Source: Eledone cirrhosa (Eukaryota). Taken from it: a stretch of 64,000 nt of DNA. The DNA lies in the NCBI GenBank assembly GCA_964016885.1, contig OZ024756.1, positions 25,358,001 through 25,422,000 on the forward strand, given 5' to 3'. The notes below the pieces were generated by a model. That model saw nothing but the letters and a program-made list of their open reading frames with translations, had not been told where the DNA came from and did not search any database. Positions 13,582-27,894 of the stretch are shown here, piece after piece. A program made the translations under genes and the position numbers. How positions within the stretch are numbered: the stretch's first letter is position 1; the number at the start of each line of letters is the position of its first letter.

Positions 13582-14285
13582 AAATACCAACACCAACACT
13601 ACCCCCAACACCACCACCAACACCAACACCAACACCAACACCAATACCACCAACAACACCGCCACCCATAACACCAACACCACCACCAACACCAACACCA
13701 ACACCATCCCCAGCACCAACACCAGAAACAGCACAAACACCACCCACAACACCAACACCAACACCACCACAAAAACCACCACCAACACCACCAATACCAA
13801 CACCACCAACACCAACACCACCAACGACAACACCAACACCATCCCCAGCAATACCACCAACACCAACACCAACACCAGAAACAGCACAAACACCACCCCA
13901 ACACCAACACCACAACCAACACCAACGCCACCACCAACACCGCCAACACCGCCAACACCAACACCACCAACACCACCACCAACACCACCACCAACAACAC
14001 CAACACCAACAACACCACTCTAAAAACCACCACCAACACTATCACCAACACCACCACCAACACCACCACCGTCACCACCAACAACACCACTCCAAAACCC
14101 ACCACCAACACCACCACCGTCACCGCCAACAACACCACTCCAAAACCCACCACCAACACCACTAACACCAACATCACCAACACCACCAACACCAGCACCA
14201 ACACCAACACCACCACTACCAACACCAACACCAACACCACCACGAAACAACACCATTCCAAAAACCACCACCAACACCACCACCG
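13582..14285. repeat. Degenerate (CCA/CAA)n array
   Basis: Directly visible. Confidence 0.9.
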
Positions 14286-14427
14286 TGGCTCTGTCAAACA
14301 TGGCGGTGCTGATTCTCACTCACAGCGGTTTGATTGTTCAAATAGTTACACTGAACCACCATCACTACCACCTCTACTACTACTGCTACTACACCCTATA
14401 CGCCTCTAAACAGAATTCAATATTAGC

Positions 14428-14475
<48 letters not shown>

Positions 14476-14639
14476 GGTGGTGGTGGTGGTGGTGGTGGAG
14501 ATTGACGCGTTGAATGACACCGAGTAGAAGATTAACAAGTGTCAAGAATTCCACTTGTTTCACCCTATATTTCCTCTCCATCATATCCAAACACGGTTAC
14601 TTTCATTTCAGTTTTACTTTTTACATTAGATTAAATATC

Positions 14640-14985
14640 ATCGGTAGAGTTGTGTCCCTTTACGTTCTGAGTTCAAATCCCGCCGAGGTTAACTTTGCCT
14701 TTCATCCTTACGTGGCTGATAAAATAAAACACCAGTAATGCACTGGGGTAATTGCTGGTCGTGTGCCAAAAGTATAAACAATTATATTATATTATACAAT
14801 AAGGGCAGTGGTTTGGCAGTATCGATAGAGCGTCAGAAACCATGCTTTGCAGCATAGAGTTATGGCCCTTTGTGTTCTGAGTTCAAATTCGAGGTTAGCT
14901 TTGCCTTTCATCCTTACGGGGTCGATGAAATAAAGTACCAGTGATGGACTGGGGTAATCGCTGGCCTGTGCCAAAAGTAGAAACT
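14640..14985 (+). mobile_element. Two tandem family-1 SINE copies
   Basis: B boxes at about 14670 and 14879; tails GGCCTGTGCCAAAAGTAGAAAC or similar. Confidence 0.85.
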
Positions 14986-15056
14986 CTATATATTATATTA
15001 TACAATATATTATATTATATATGATATTGTACGTATATATTATATATTATAATATT

Positions 15057-15381
15057 TGATGTGGTCCATAAAAATGCCTATAAACGTAAAATAAAATAAA
15101 AAAAGATAGAGCGTCTTATGCGAAGGGGCGTGCACCGGTCGGCAAATACGGTATATTGTTATTAATAATTTAGCATTAAAAAAAATATATATATTGCCAC
15201 GAAAAAAGCCATATAAAATCGTGGATGATATTTACGATTCTGCGAATATGTTGTGGTTTCCATGAGCAATTATTAGTAAGGTTTTAAGGAAAATTCCGTG
15301 AATAACCGGGACCGCGAATGTAGGGACCGCGAATGTAGGGACCGCAAATGTAGGGACCGCAAATTCCGGGGGTATACTGTA
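15057..15381 (+). mobile_element. Right part of a pogo/Tigger-like MITE (same family as 50373-50724)
   Basis: Similar to 50445-50724; ends CCGGGGGTATACTG|TA; subterminal GGGACCGCGAATGTA repeats. Confidence 0.65.
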
Positions 15382-15454
15382 TATACATATATACATATAT
15401 ATTTATATATATGGGAGGGTGTCTCTATTGATCACCCACGATGGGGGGGGGGGG

Positions 15455-15690
15455 GCGAAGGGACGAGACGAGAAATTGAAACATGCCACCGAAGAAAAGC
15501 ACGCTCGAAGAAAGGACAACGCAGTAGCATCGTAGGTGAAAATCTTCAAATGCATTTGCTGCGTACAAGACTGCCACTCCCGTGTGGTCCTGTACAGCCA
15601 CAACAGATGCTGCACAGCCATCAGCAACTGACACCAAATTCTCCAGATGCAGATACATACTCTTTCGAGAACGACAGATGGCAATAGAAT
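15455..15690 (+). mobile_element. RTE/BovB-type LINE 3' end
   Basis: Reads EEKHARRKDN...FKCICCVQDCHSRVVLYSHNRCC, matching the C-terminal C..C...C.SR.GL.SH zinc-finger motif of RTE ORFs. Confidence 0.65.
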
Positions 15691-15904
15691 ATAATGTATG
15701 TATATATACGTATATATATATATTATAAAGAACGAAGATTCAGTGTTGCATCATATCATATGTATTAACATATTACATATGTTTCTCTGTCGATCAGTTC
15801 GAGGCAAGATCTATTACAGATCGAACCTGACTCTGTAATCGAAAGTTCTCCAGATATGTTGGTATATGAGATCGTCTCTGATTTTGTTTGTTCAAACATT
15901 TCAG

Positions 15905-15941
<37 letters not shown>

Positions 15942-15945
<4 letters not shown>

Positions 15946-16146
15946 AAACAGTAAGACCCCGACAGCTGAGCTCAAGCCGTTTCGACGGCTAATTCTGGAC
16001 TGAATTAGCCGTCCAGAATTAGCCGTCGAAACGGCTTGAGCTCAGCTGTCGGGGTCTTACTGTTTCCTATTACCCACTCTACTACCCCAAGTATTGAGTA
16101 CGTTGGTGCGTTATGGTCCACCTGGTTCCTTACCACATTTCCTTCG

Positions 16147-16150
<4 letters not shown>
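15942..16150 (+). mobile_element. TA-inserted foldback element, family F
   Basis: Inverted arms of about 55 bp (TAGGAAACAGTAAGACCCCGAC.../...GTCGGGGTCTTACTGTTTCCTA) plus a tail of about 80 bp; (TA)n flanks. Confidence 0.85.
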
Positions 16151-16225
<75 letters not shown>

Positions 16226-16282
16226 TTCGTTTTGCAAGGTTTTTGATATGAAATCGTGTGTCGAAACAAATATTGATATACT

Positions 16283-16684
16283 TTGGGAGGGTCATATTGT
16301 TGTAATAATAATGCCAGAAATAACAGAACAAACTCACTGTTTGGTTGGTTTTCGCTTCTGTATCTTTTATATCTCCATAGTTAATTCATTTGACAATCAG
16401 TGTTTATGACTGACTGACCAACGGTCAAAAATACAGATATAAATACATATATATAGTCTAACAAAGTTCTTTCGTTGCACATCTGCAACATCATCAGTGG
16501 TACTATTATGTTTCCTCCTGTTGTATTGTATGTCTACGCCATTTTATCAGTCAGTGATAAACATTGATTGCCAAATGAATTAACTATGGAGATATAAAAG
16601 ATACAGAAGCGAAAACCAACCAAATAGTGAGTGTGTTCTGTTATTATTTCTGGCAATATTATTACAACAATATGACCCTCCCCA
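16283..16684. repeat. Inverted repeat with arms of about 135 bp (TTTGGGAGGGTCAT family)
   Basis: 16283-16417 is the reverse complement of 16545-16684; related sequence at 1-48, 26635-26790, 48205-48465 and 51980-52120. Confidence 0.8.
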
Positions 16685-16844
16685 TGTGATGTATATGAAT
16701 GTATATATGTGTCATTCAGTATTTTTTTTATAATTAAATGCTTGGATTTATTCCTTGAATTGTTCTTTGAGCTTATTCTAAAGGTGATAAGGCGCATGTT
16801 CGAGATTTGCTCAAGCATGACATCTATAATTTTAAATGTAATTA

Positions 16845-16878
<34 letters not shown>

Positions 16879-16904
16879 TGTTTGTGTGTGTGTTGGAGAG
16901 AGAG

Positions 16905-16980
<76 letters not shown>

Positions 16981-17007
16981 AGCGCGTGCGTGTGTGTGTG
17001 TGCGTGC

Positions 17008-17082
<75 letters not shown>

Positions 17083-17558
17083 CGGTAAACAGAAATAACA
17101 ACACAATCGGTACAGTATATGGAAGGAATATATTAGGTTAACGCTTGAAACAGCAGGAAGAGGGTGTTAACGTTTCGGACTCTAGTTCTTCATCAGAAGA
17201 AAGAATGAGAAACAAGATAGATTAAATGGACTGGCGGGGTGGAATTGGAAAAAATGTTTTTAGATAAAAATAGCAGGTCCATTCATGCTGCTATCTCAGG
17301 TTCACCGGAGTGAGAACTCGATACGTAGTTTCCAATAGGTATATTGGTGCAGTACTAAGCAGAGTGTAATACTGAAAATAATTTTAAAAAACGTAGTGTT
17401 ATGTCTTCATTACGTTTAATGAGTTGTGACGCACGTTTCGTAATTGATGAGCTCACGGTTCCATCTGTATCGATCAATCGCGAAACGCGTGTCACAACTC
17501 AATGAACGTAATGAAGACATAACACTTCGTCCTTTTTATTACACACACACACATACGC

Positions 17559-17683
<125 letters not shown>

Positions 17684-17988
17684 TGCTGTGAAATTTGTTC
17701 ATATAAGCGTTGACATATTTAATTACTAAGATGATTTAAGCCGTGTATGTGTTTTTCCAGCTGTATTATCTCTGTATTATCTCTGTATTATCAATTGTGT
17801 GTAGGTGTGTGTGTATACTTTTTAGTTGTCATTTAGTTGTCATTTGATGAAGCCACTTAATCACTCTACCCTATAAACATCAAACTGTCAACTATTAAAA
17901 ATCTGTTCCACACTCCACTGATCCTCTAACAATAAAGACTACCCCATTCATCAATCAAAGAAGTCGCTGGCTTTCAAATCCTTTAGAC

Positions 17989-18190
17989 CAGGCATGTCAA
18001 ACTGAGGCTCCTCTGAGGGCCACAGGGCCACATATGTGTTGTCTGATTACCACACTCGACAACTAATTGCGCATATTACAACTAATATTTTTTTAATTTT
18101 ATATTACGAAGATAAAACATGCTCGCACTGTAAAAACCTTTGTGCGGGCCGCAGGTGTGCTTGTAAAGGGCCGCATGTTTGATATGCCTG
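17989..18190. mobile_element. hAT-superfamily MITE
   Basis: TIRs CAGGCATGTCAAAC / GTTTGATATGCCTG; perfect 8-bp TSD CTTTAGAC at 17981-17988 and 18191-18198. Confidence 0.9.
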
Positions 18191-18373
18191 CTTTAGACAA
18201 AACTTTCATTTATTTACCATAATTCATACTGATTTCAGTAAGGGGGTGAATTGGCAGAGTCATTAGAACGTTGTAAAGAATGCTTCCTGAGCTCAACTCT
18301 CGCCGAGGTCAACTTTGGCTTTCATCCATTCAAGGTCGCTGTTAATTCTTCCTCCATATCTCTTTCTCACTTC

Positions 18374-18446
<73 letters not shown>

Positions 18447-18717
18447 TCTTCCCTGGAAGAAATCTGCTGTATTCAGACCTGGAGAGTGATGGGCCCCGTC
18501 AGGTTTAAAAATACCCTAGAAACGCTGTATATCAATATCACGCCCCAACGAGAGGTACGGGGCCGTACATGCATACATATACTCATATAAACACTCACAA
18601 GCGCACACAGATGTACTTACACACACACACACACGCGCGCGTGTACGCACACATGTGAGAAAGAGAGAATAATACAAATAGATAGATAGACGGATAGATA
18701 GATAGATAGATAGATAT

Positions 18718-18748
<31 letters not shown>

Positions 18749-19340
18749 TGTTTCTTTATTAGCCACAGGGGCACAAAAGAAGGGGACAAATACAAAGGGG
18801 GAAGTTTACATACAATAAAGACGTGTAAAATGTTATCACAAATGCAATTTAAAAATTAGTCGATAGATAGATAGATAGATAGATAGACAGATAAATAAGA
18901 TATTTATTTCGTAAATTCAGCTTTAAATGTAAATGATATCCGACTTTTCAAATTCTGATCTTACAATAAACCTTTTATTGTATACCAACATTCTATATTA
19001 TCTTTATAACACCTATGACATATGCATTCTACCGTATGTGTAACTGTATCTCACCGAATAACACAGACAATTAGTAGAAAACAAATAGTTTTTTTCACAT
19101 TTGAAGAATTGTACGGTCTGAGAAATTTCATATTTTTATATTAAATTTGCCCTATGAATGAATTGAAAGGGTTTTTTTCGCCCCCACTTGCCATACTCAG
19201 TCATCGATACTCTATGAATATAGATACATTTGATGCAGGTTTTTTCGCCACTATCCTTTGTTTGCACGTAATCAGAGCTAATTTCTTTTCCATTTCTCAT
19301 ATTTCCAGGCATATGCTTAATAATGAGGAAGTTTGTTATA

Positions 19341-19511
19341 CAGTGAAATCTCGTTATAACGAAATTCACGGGGTATTAAAGAAATTCGTTGTAACTAAAA
19401 ATTCTTTATAACGATATCGACCTAACACATCGAGCGTGTGGTCGGGGATTGAAACAAATTTCGTTATACTGAAAAATTCATTATAATGGCATTCGTTAAA
19501 ACAAAATTTTA
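19341..19511. mobile_element. Short pogo/Tc1-type MITE with a degenerate right end
   Basis: TA|CAGTGAAATCTCGTTATAACGAA left TIR; repeated TTCGTTATA motifs. Confidence 0.6.
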
Positions 19512-19529
19512 CATATTATTAAATCCAAA

Positions 19530-19715
19530 TGGCGGTGGATTGGCAGTATCGGTAGAGGGTCGGACGCCATGCTTTCTAGCATAGTTACGTCCCTTTACGG
19601 TCTGAGTTCAAATCCCGCCGAGGTTGACTTTGCCTGTCATCCTTACGGGGTCGATAAAATAAAGTACCAGTAATACATTGGGATAATTGATGGCCTTGTG
19701 CCAAAAGTAGAAACA
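19530..19715 (+). mobile_element. Family-1 SINE, full length
   Basis: Complete head, core and tail; TSD ATTATTAAATCCAAAT on both sides. Confidence 0.9.
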
Positions 19716-21559
19716 ATTATTAAATCCAAATAAATTCTTAATTATTTAAAAAGTTATTTGAAAATCATAGGCAGTGTTTTTCAATGTATTTATGAACCCG
19801 TAACTCCTGGTGAAATCGTAAAGACACCGTCATGACATACACGATGTCTTGAGCATTTTACACCTGGCGGACACCATCTGGGTCTAATACAGCCGATTTC
19901 TTACAGAGAAAAGAAGAAAGAAAAATATAGAGGAACAATCGACGTCAATATCGGACTGTTTTTTTGTTTTTTTATTGATCTTGAAAGGATGAAAGGCAAA
20001 GATGGCCTCGGCTGTATTTGAACTCACGGAGCCCAGAGAGTCGAAACGAATACAGTAAAACATTCTATCTGACGTTCTACCGATTCTACCAATTGCTGAC
20101 TTGTCTTTCATTAGAAATTTCGAAACGAAAAGGTTACCATATTTTCTAATATCAAAATCTCATAGAACTGACATTATGTGAGACAAAGCCTTCACCGCGA
20201 AAACACAACAGTACACATATAGTAATGTAAGTGGTAATGGCTTAAATACTGTTTACCATGTTAATGTTTCTAAGTAATCAACCTCAATGGCAGGTTTTTT
20301 TTAATTTTAATATCTTAGCTCAGGCATAGAACACCCTGATAACACTGGACCCTTGCCCTGTTTGACTTCCAGCTGAGGGCAACTGAAGGTGACATCCACA
20401 CAGACTTAAAATCCTGTAATGATTTAATGCTGAATGGAAAGTATCCCAAAAATCAGGTCTCGGGACCACGAGACGGACAAAGCCTTAAATTAGCGTGAAG
20501 TTGATCGTCAAACGCAGAGAAAGTTTATTTGCGTGTGGGGGGGGGGGGGGGGTTATAGAGTTTGTGAAAACTCTGTCACCTATAAACATTTCTCGTTTCA
20601 AATACTTTCCTTGTCTTTAATGTTGTCCCTCCTCCTTTCTATCTATCTATCTATCTAGTTATTAGGTCGTCAAGTATGAAATGTGTAGAAAAAAAAACCA
20701 AATTTCTACAAATTTCATACTTGACGACCCAATATATATATTTTCATTTATTTATTATTCTTTCTCAATGCATATACAAAGTGAGCATTCATTGGAAAAC
20801 CAGAACAAATAATTCAAAAGGAATTAATTTACACTCTATTAAACTCAAAATTGAGACTCTCGTATGTTTGTTATACATAAACATATCCTATATGGTTCAT
20901 TATACTATGTTGGTACTCACACACACACAAATATATGTACGTCAATACTCATCTTTTTCCATTTCTTTGAGGGTTCTTAACCCCACTATCAGGCTAAATA
21001 ATTTCTTTAGTCAAAATACGGCGATAGCTTACATTTCTAATAATTTCAAACCAATTCGCTGTTTCGAAAAATAACCTACTCGCACAACGAGTTCATCTTT
21101 TTATATGGCCGTATAGTTTGAGTACTCTTGACTTGACAATTGATGTAATTGATCTAAGTTTGGTAATGTTTAAGAGACATATAAATGTACCATGAATGTA
21201 CTTTGCTGTCGTACGAACTTTTCTCTGACGAGTGTATAAGTGCATCTCTACTGTAGTATGTATACACACATATATGTCAAACTGTTGTATTATAAATGAA
21301 CTTGTTTTTAAATGTCTTGCTTTCTCCGCCATATGTTTTTGATTATACATATATATAAATCCTTCGACAAACCTGTCAACTCTCTCCGTCAGACGAGGAG
21401 ATCTCCCACCCATTTTGGGGTGGGTGAGAGATGTCTTCTCTTGTGAAAATCGGTATAGCTTTCATTATGTAAAATCTCCCCATTTTGCCTCATTTCTCCC
21501 CGTTTTGGGGCATTTTTTTTTTTTCATGGTACTCCCCGTTTGGGTTTTTAGAGGCTGGC

Positions 21560-21860
21560 AGGTCTGCTTCGGTCAGAAAGTTCCCCTCCGAGGCACAAGT
21601 CTGGAGAAGTTTGTTTATGGATGACCAGCAGCCGCTCATGCATACTGGTCTCCCCTCTCCAGGCCACCAATGTTGTCCAACGGAAAGGCGGACAAAGTTT
21701 GGCACCAGTGACGTCGCAGCACATTTCCACAGCTGAGTAAGATGGAGCAACATGAATAAAGTGTCTTGCTCAAGGACACAACTCATCACTCGGTCCGGGA
21801 TTCGAACTCACACACTGACGATTACATGCCCAACTCTCTAACCACTAAGCCATGCACCTT
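21560..21860 (-). mobile_element. tRNA-derived SINE, family 2
   Basis: Minus strand has a B box GAGTTCGAATCCC followed by GTGTCCTTGAGCAAGACACTTTATT; related pieces at 1370-1590, 23450-23880, 31690-31800, 45490-45620, 49130-49255 and 49690-50240. Confidence 0.65.
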
Positions 21861-22178
21861 CACACACACACATATATATATACACATATATATATATGTG
21901 AATGCGTGGTTGTGTGTATATGTTTGTGCGTGCAAGTGGGAATCTCTGAAGGAAAACGGAAAAATCGACTGAGGTCGCAAAGCGTAAACAAGAATATCAT
22001 TTGTGGTCTAGGCGACTAATGGACGCCGGGGCAGCGGCCTGTGGGGAGGGGGTGTACACGTTCTCATTTTAACAACATTTAACAGATACATGACCAAAGA
22101 TACACAAACATGCGTACACACACATAGTTTATGTATAGATATACACTTGCATACACACAAACACTCGCATACACACAC

Positions 22179-22239
<61 letters not shown>

Positions 22240-22289
22240 TATGTGTGTGTATGTATAGATATGTGTATATATATATACATGTATATGTA

Positions 22290-22321
<32 letters not shown>

Positions 22322-22377
22322 CATGTATATGTATGTGTGTGTGTGTGTATATATATATATACATGTATATGTATGTG

Positions 22378-22429
<52 letters not shown>

Positions 22430-22513
22430 GTATGTGTAATATATCCATATGTATATATATATATACATATACAAACATATATATGCATATATACATCTAT
22501 CTATCTATCTATT

Positions 22514-22606
<93 letters not shown>

Positions 22607-23449
22607 TCACTTAAAGTTAAGTGTGTAAATATAAAACACTCTCACAAATGCACGAGTGTGGGTAGGTGTGCGGTTAAATAATGCACGAGTTAAAGGTGGG
22701 CGTTGTATACGTTTAAATAATATGTGTGTTTGTTTGTATTAATAATAACTGTGGCTAAATTTTAAAATATCTTGTGCTACTTCGAGCTGAAGTAAGCGTC
22801 TGTATTCTTGTTTGAACATTAATTGACCGATAGCTGGGGTAGAATTTGACTGTATATGTCTCGGGGTGGAAGGGTAGAAGAGGAAGCTTCGAAAATTTGA
22901 TTCCCAAATAACTGATGTGTTTGTTCCAGCTGATGAATTCATTTATTCAGTTCAACAGAGATATCGAAATATCTAGAATTTATATACAAGCTGTTAACTT
23001 ACATGTTACGGAGTTTAGAGGTTACATTTGTTGGTTATTGTACGCAATTTGGTTTCCTTTTACTGTATAGTTAAAAATATGGGGATTGGTCTATCAAAGA
23101 GCATATTCTACTATCTTTTCATCGTTACACTGTACAGACGTTTGAAACTCGGATGGAATGCTTTGCAGTATTCGTTTCAGCTCTCTGTGTTCAAATCCCG
23201 CTGAGGTCAATGTTGCCTTTCACCCTTTCGAGATCGATAAAAAATGTACAATTCCAATACTAGGGTCGATTTATCTTCTGCATCTCTTTCTCTCCTTCTC
23301 AAGAAGAAATCAGCTTTGTGGTAAAATCTGAAGAGAGATAGGTTTCGACCGGTTTTTAAATGCCCAAGATGCGCTGTATGTCACAACGGCACACATACAA
23401 CACCTGGAATTACGAGTCCATACATATTACATAGTATATTTGTTGGTTT

Positions 23450-23880
23450 GTGAAAGCGTGCGGTTGAAATGTTACGGTGTTTGGCTCAGGTGTACGTTGT
23501 AAGTTAGATACTCTGCGGTGTGTTGTGTATTTGAGCAAGACACTTTATTTCACGTTGCTTCAGTCCATTCGGTTTTTACCTCTAAATCAACGGGCCAGAC
23601 TCGTCACACATTGTCACACGTTGAATCTCCTTGAGGTCTATGTTAATGGTACACGTGTCTGTGTAATGTTTAACCACTTGCAGGTTAATTTCGAGAGCAG
23701 GCAGGTCTTTTGATCAAACAACCGGATCGTTCGTCGTCCTTGGACAACATCTGGGGCGTTAGTATGCTTGGGTGACTGCTGGTCTTCCACAAACAACCTT
23801 GCCCGGACTTGTGCCTCGTAGGGGAACTTTTGGGGTTCAAATCTCATGGTCATTCGTAACTGAAGAAGGTCTTTACCCTG
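23450..23880 (+). mobile_element. Family-2 SINE, old copy
   Basis: GTGTATTTGAGCAAGACACTTTATTTCACGTTGCTTCAGTCCA; tail shared with 24750-24850. Confidence 0.6.
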
Positions 23881-24711
23881 TATGTTGTATATGATATGTG
23901 TGTTGAATGTAGAATTCATGATAATTTTAATCTGACGGCCCTAACGACCCTGCCAATTCCAGGTGTCATGTCTATTGATTATGAGCAATAGCTTAAAAGA
24001 ACCCAAAACTAAGTAGTTGCGAAGCGAATCCCTTGACCACACAGCCACGCCTCGGTTTTATCTATTTTTGTCTCGCAAACAAAAGAAATTTAATAAGGTT
24101 TTCGTTAACGGCATCAACAACATCAACAACAACAACAAACTAAATTTAGAACGTTTCAAAATTTAAAACGAGGCTCTATTCATTTATGAACTTAACTGCA
24201 GCTGTTTGTTCCCAGAAGTTACCCTTGGCGTGTGTACAAATTGAAAAACAAACACACACAGTATCATCTTACGCAAGATTTAGACACTCAACCAGTAGAC
24301 ACATGCTATCACGGATATGTATGTGTGTATGTATGTATATATGTCTGTGTGTATGTATATATGTATATATGTATGTGTGTATGTGTGTATGTATGTATGT
24401 ATGTATGTATGTATGTGTATATTATGTGCGTCTATATATATATATATATGATATAAAGTCTGGTCTTTAGAATGAAAGAATAGACGGAAAGACTAAACTG
24501 AGCTAACATCTGATACTCATCTGATACACGAAGGAAACTAACGTGATCTTATCTCGTAACCCATCCCAAAAGTAAGTGAGAAGATCAGAAAACGTTAACT
24601 CCATCAATCAGAATATTGTGCACGCCATCTTGAAAAGAAAGATCACATTTGATCCTGTGTGAGTCAATTTATGTGTGTGTATTTAAATACACACATATAT
24701 ACATATACATA

Positions 24712-24754
<43 letters not shown>

Positions 24755-24855
24755 TCTTCCACAAACAACCTTGCCTGGACTTGCGCCTCGCTGGGGAACT
24801 TTCTAGGTACAAACCCCATAGTCATTCGTGCCCGAAGGTTGTCTTTACACTTTAT

Positions 24856-24909
<54 letters not shown>

Positions 24910-24914
<5 letters not shown>

Positions 24915-25460
24915 GGCCCATATCATCACCAACCCAAGAGCTCTCCCCACCCGGATGCTCTTACAGAAAGCCAGAATCATGCTCTCTTCAACAAGAGGTA
25001 ACACAACTGCAGTCGTTTATAAGGCTGAAGTTACATCCACTCGGCCGAATCAACAGCTGGAGGTCAAAACAATTGTAGTTAGTTTGGAGAGCCCTTTTAA
25101 AGAACTCTTCCTTAACATCCAGACGACCTTTAGAAACTCTGATAAGTGATCGTCCATGAAACTGGCAAGCCATTTATTTATATATAACTTTGAGTATGTG
25201 TTGGTTGTTTACCGACACTTCAGTACGCAGGTTTGAGCACTCAACAAAGTGCGCAAGTGGGTCTCTTTACTCCGGAGTAATGTAAAAACTTACACTTCTT
25301 GTTTATATATATAACCCGTTGGGATTTCTTCTCGAATAGCTATCCGTGGAGATTTGTTGATGCACTCTGGTCAATAGTCATGTCTTTAAAGCATCCGAAA
25401 CTTTAATGATCCACAGAAGACATTATCGATGAGCGGGAATTGCCCTTGTGTTTGTGTCTT
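24910..25460 (+). pseudogene. Highly decayed Penelope-like ORF C-terminus (GIY-YIG region)
   Basis: Broken reading DK*SSMKLASHLFIYNFEYV...YRHFST...(E)H...KW resembles the KD...SN.IY.F.C...Y.G.T.R.L..R..EH..KW pattern; flanked by (TA)n. Confidence 0.35.
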
Positions 25461-25500
25461 CTGAGTTTTCTGTTTCCATATTTCTCTCACGTGTTTTTGA

Positions 25501-25536
<36 letters not shown>

Positions 25537-26161
25537 ATAATAAATGTGAAGGCTAAAATCCGAGCTAAAATCCGAAGACTAAGAGCTCGATAAGGATTAT
25601 ATATATATTATATATATAAAATCGAAGAGCAAATATTTATTATAAGAACAGATTCAAGTTTAAGTAAAGAATAGCTGCTTTCACCCTTTAATCTGTTCTT
25701 ATAATATATATATATAAATATACAAATTTTAGTACAGCATTAACGAAGCTTTAGGCTGCGGCTAAGCTAACGAATGCAAATTCGGAATGTAGCTTTAGCA
25801 TTCGATACAGAATAATACCCCAGAGTAATAACAATACGTTTAGACAGCTTTGCAAATCAAATATAGCGATCGGCAGTCCAGCCGCATTGCCATAGCAACG
25901 GAAATGGTTGGACTCAGGAAAAGATTTTAGACTGACCTGGACCGTTGCGCGGAGACCGAATGCAATATATAATGCATATCGTATAGCGTACGATATACAT
26001 CACATACAACATACAACATCCACGCTAGGTTTCCGTAAATCCGAGATCGACTAATTCCGCTTGCAGGGGTCAGCAAGTTAATGGCCTTTGACGACAGAAC
26101 AAAGGATTTACTTCTTCAACAAGTCTTGCGTTCTTTAGCCTCAGCGGGTGTGTTCTAGCAG

Positions 26162-26354
26162 TAGGAAAATGTATGATCCCGACGGCAGAGCTCAAGCCGT
26201 TTCGACGGCTATTTCTGAGTCCACAAATAGCCGTCGAAACGGCTTGAGCTCTGCCGTCGGGATCATACATTTTCCTATTACCCACTCTACTACCCTAGTA
26301 TCGAGTACTCTGGTGCGTTATTGTCCATCTGGTTCATTACCACAACTCCTTCGT

Positions 26355-26358
<4 letters not shown>
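26162..26358 (+). mobile_element. TA-associated foldback element, family F
   Basis: Arms TAGGAAAATGTATGATCCCGACGGCAGAGCTC.../...GAGCTCTGCCGTCGGGATCATACATTTTCCTA plus tail. Confidence 0.85.
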
Positions 26359-26410
<52 letters not shown>

Positions 26411-27216
26411 TAAACAAATAATGAATAAAACAATGAAACAGTTCCTTATATTAAACAAAAAAAGTTCATTATTTAACGATCGTTTCTAGGATATATATGT
26501 GTTAGAATTGGCATGCATATTCAACAGATCTATGTACAAAATTATACAAAATTATACAAACTATCAAGATTAAATATACATACCAAACACACATATACGC
26601 CGTCTTCAGAAATAATATATATATATATATATATATTGTTATACTTTGGGAGGGTCATGTTGCCAATAAGAAACACACGCACCAGTTGCTTTCACTTCAA
26701 TTTATTATATATTTATAAATTTATAAATTTACAAATCTACAAACTTATAAATTTCTGGTTGGTTGGTTGGTTCCACAACCAGATAGTTGTTTATATATAG
26801 TCATAGTCCTTTCGTCACACACTCTGTGACCTCTTCAGTGACTGGGGATTCCTTTCTTTGTTTCTGTGCCTTTCCTTTCTTCTGTCCTACGTCCATGAGG
26901 ATGAAAGGCAAAGTTAACCTCGGCGGGATTTGGACTCAGATCATAAAGGGCCGTAACTCTGTACATATTAATATAACAGTACTGTTCTATTAACAACACT
27001 AACACATTAAAATATTTCAGAGTGGAAAAGTCAAACTTCAACTAATTATACTGATTCGACAACAACAAAGAATGTCTCTGAAATAATTCATTGGTTCATG
27101 GAAAAGTAATTAATATTGACCTCATTGGATGGTTCCAATATCGCAGCCTTTCGCTGTTAATTAGTCTAAACTATTAGACATACGCGCGCTCGCGGACACA
27201 GACACACCACACCCCT

Positions 27217-27309
<93 letters not shown>

Positions 27310-27328
27310 ACATAAATATATATCACAT

Positions 27329-27374
<46 letters not shown>

Positions 27375-27466
27375 CACACACACACACATATATATATATA
27401 TGCTTAAACTTTAATCTGTTATTTTAATAAATATATATATATACATATATATATATCACATACTTG

Positions 27467-27498
<32 letters not shown>

Positions 27499-27560
27499 TA
27501 TGTGATATTTATATATACATATGTGATATATGTGTGTATATATATATATATATAATGATA

Positions 27561-27609
<49 letters not shown>

Positions 27610-27779
27610 ATATATATATATAGAGAGAGAGAGAGGGGGGACCAGCAGAAAGCTGGCCTCGTCTGTAAATGAAATATTCCAAATATCATCTACCTAAATA
27701 AATAAATAATTGAATAGATTTATTGTTGTTATTGTTTAATGTATTGTTTTTCTTTACAAGGTTATGAGATCATTATTTA

Positions 27780-27894
27780 TCGGTTCAAATCCCGCCAATG
27801 TTGACTTTGCCTTTCATCCTTACGGGGTCGATAAAATAAAGTACCAGTAATGCGCTGGGTATTTGCTGGCCTTGTGCCTAAAGTAGAAACAATT
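27780..27894 (+). mobile_element. Family-1 SINE 3' half abutting the truncated Helitron helicase
   Basis: GTTCAAATCCCGCC...GGCCTTGTGCCTAAAGTAGAAACAATT. Confidence 0.85.

Noticed and set aside
17160-17200. Minus-strand CTGATGAAGAACTAGAGTCCGAAACGTTAA, and similar motifs at about 9070, 22930 and 30750
   Set aside because: Probably decayed Penelope-type hammerheads, but the stems or core are broken, so they are not called as ribozymes
20676-21413. ORFs of 132 aa and 106 aa in non-repetitive AT-rich DNA
   Set aside because: No recognisable motif; consistent with chance ORFs
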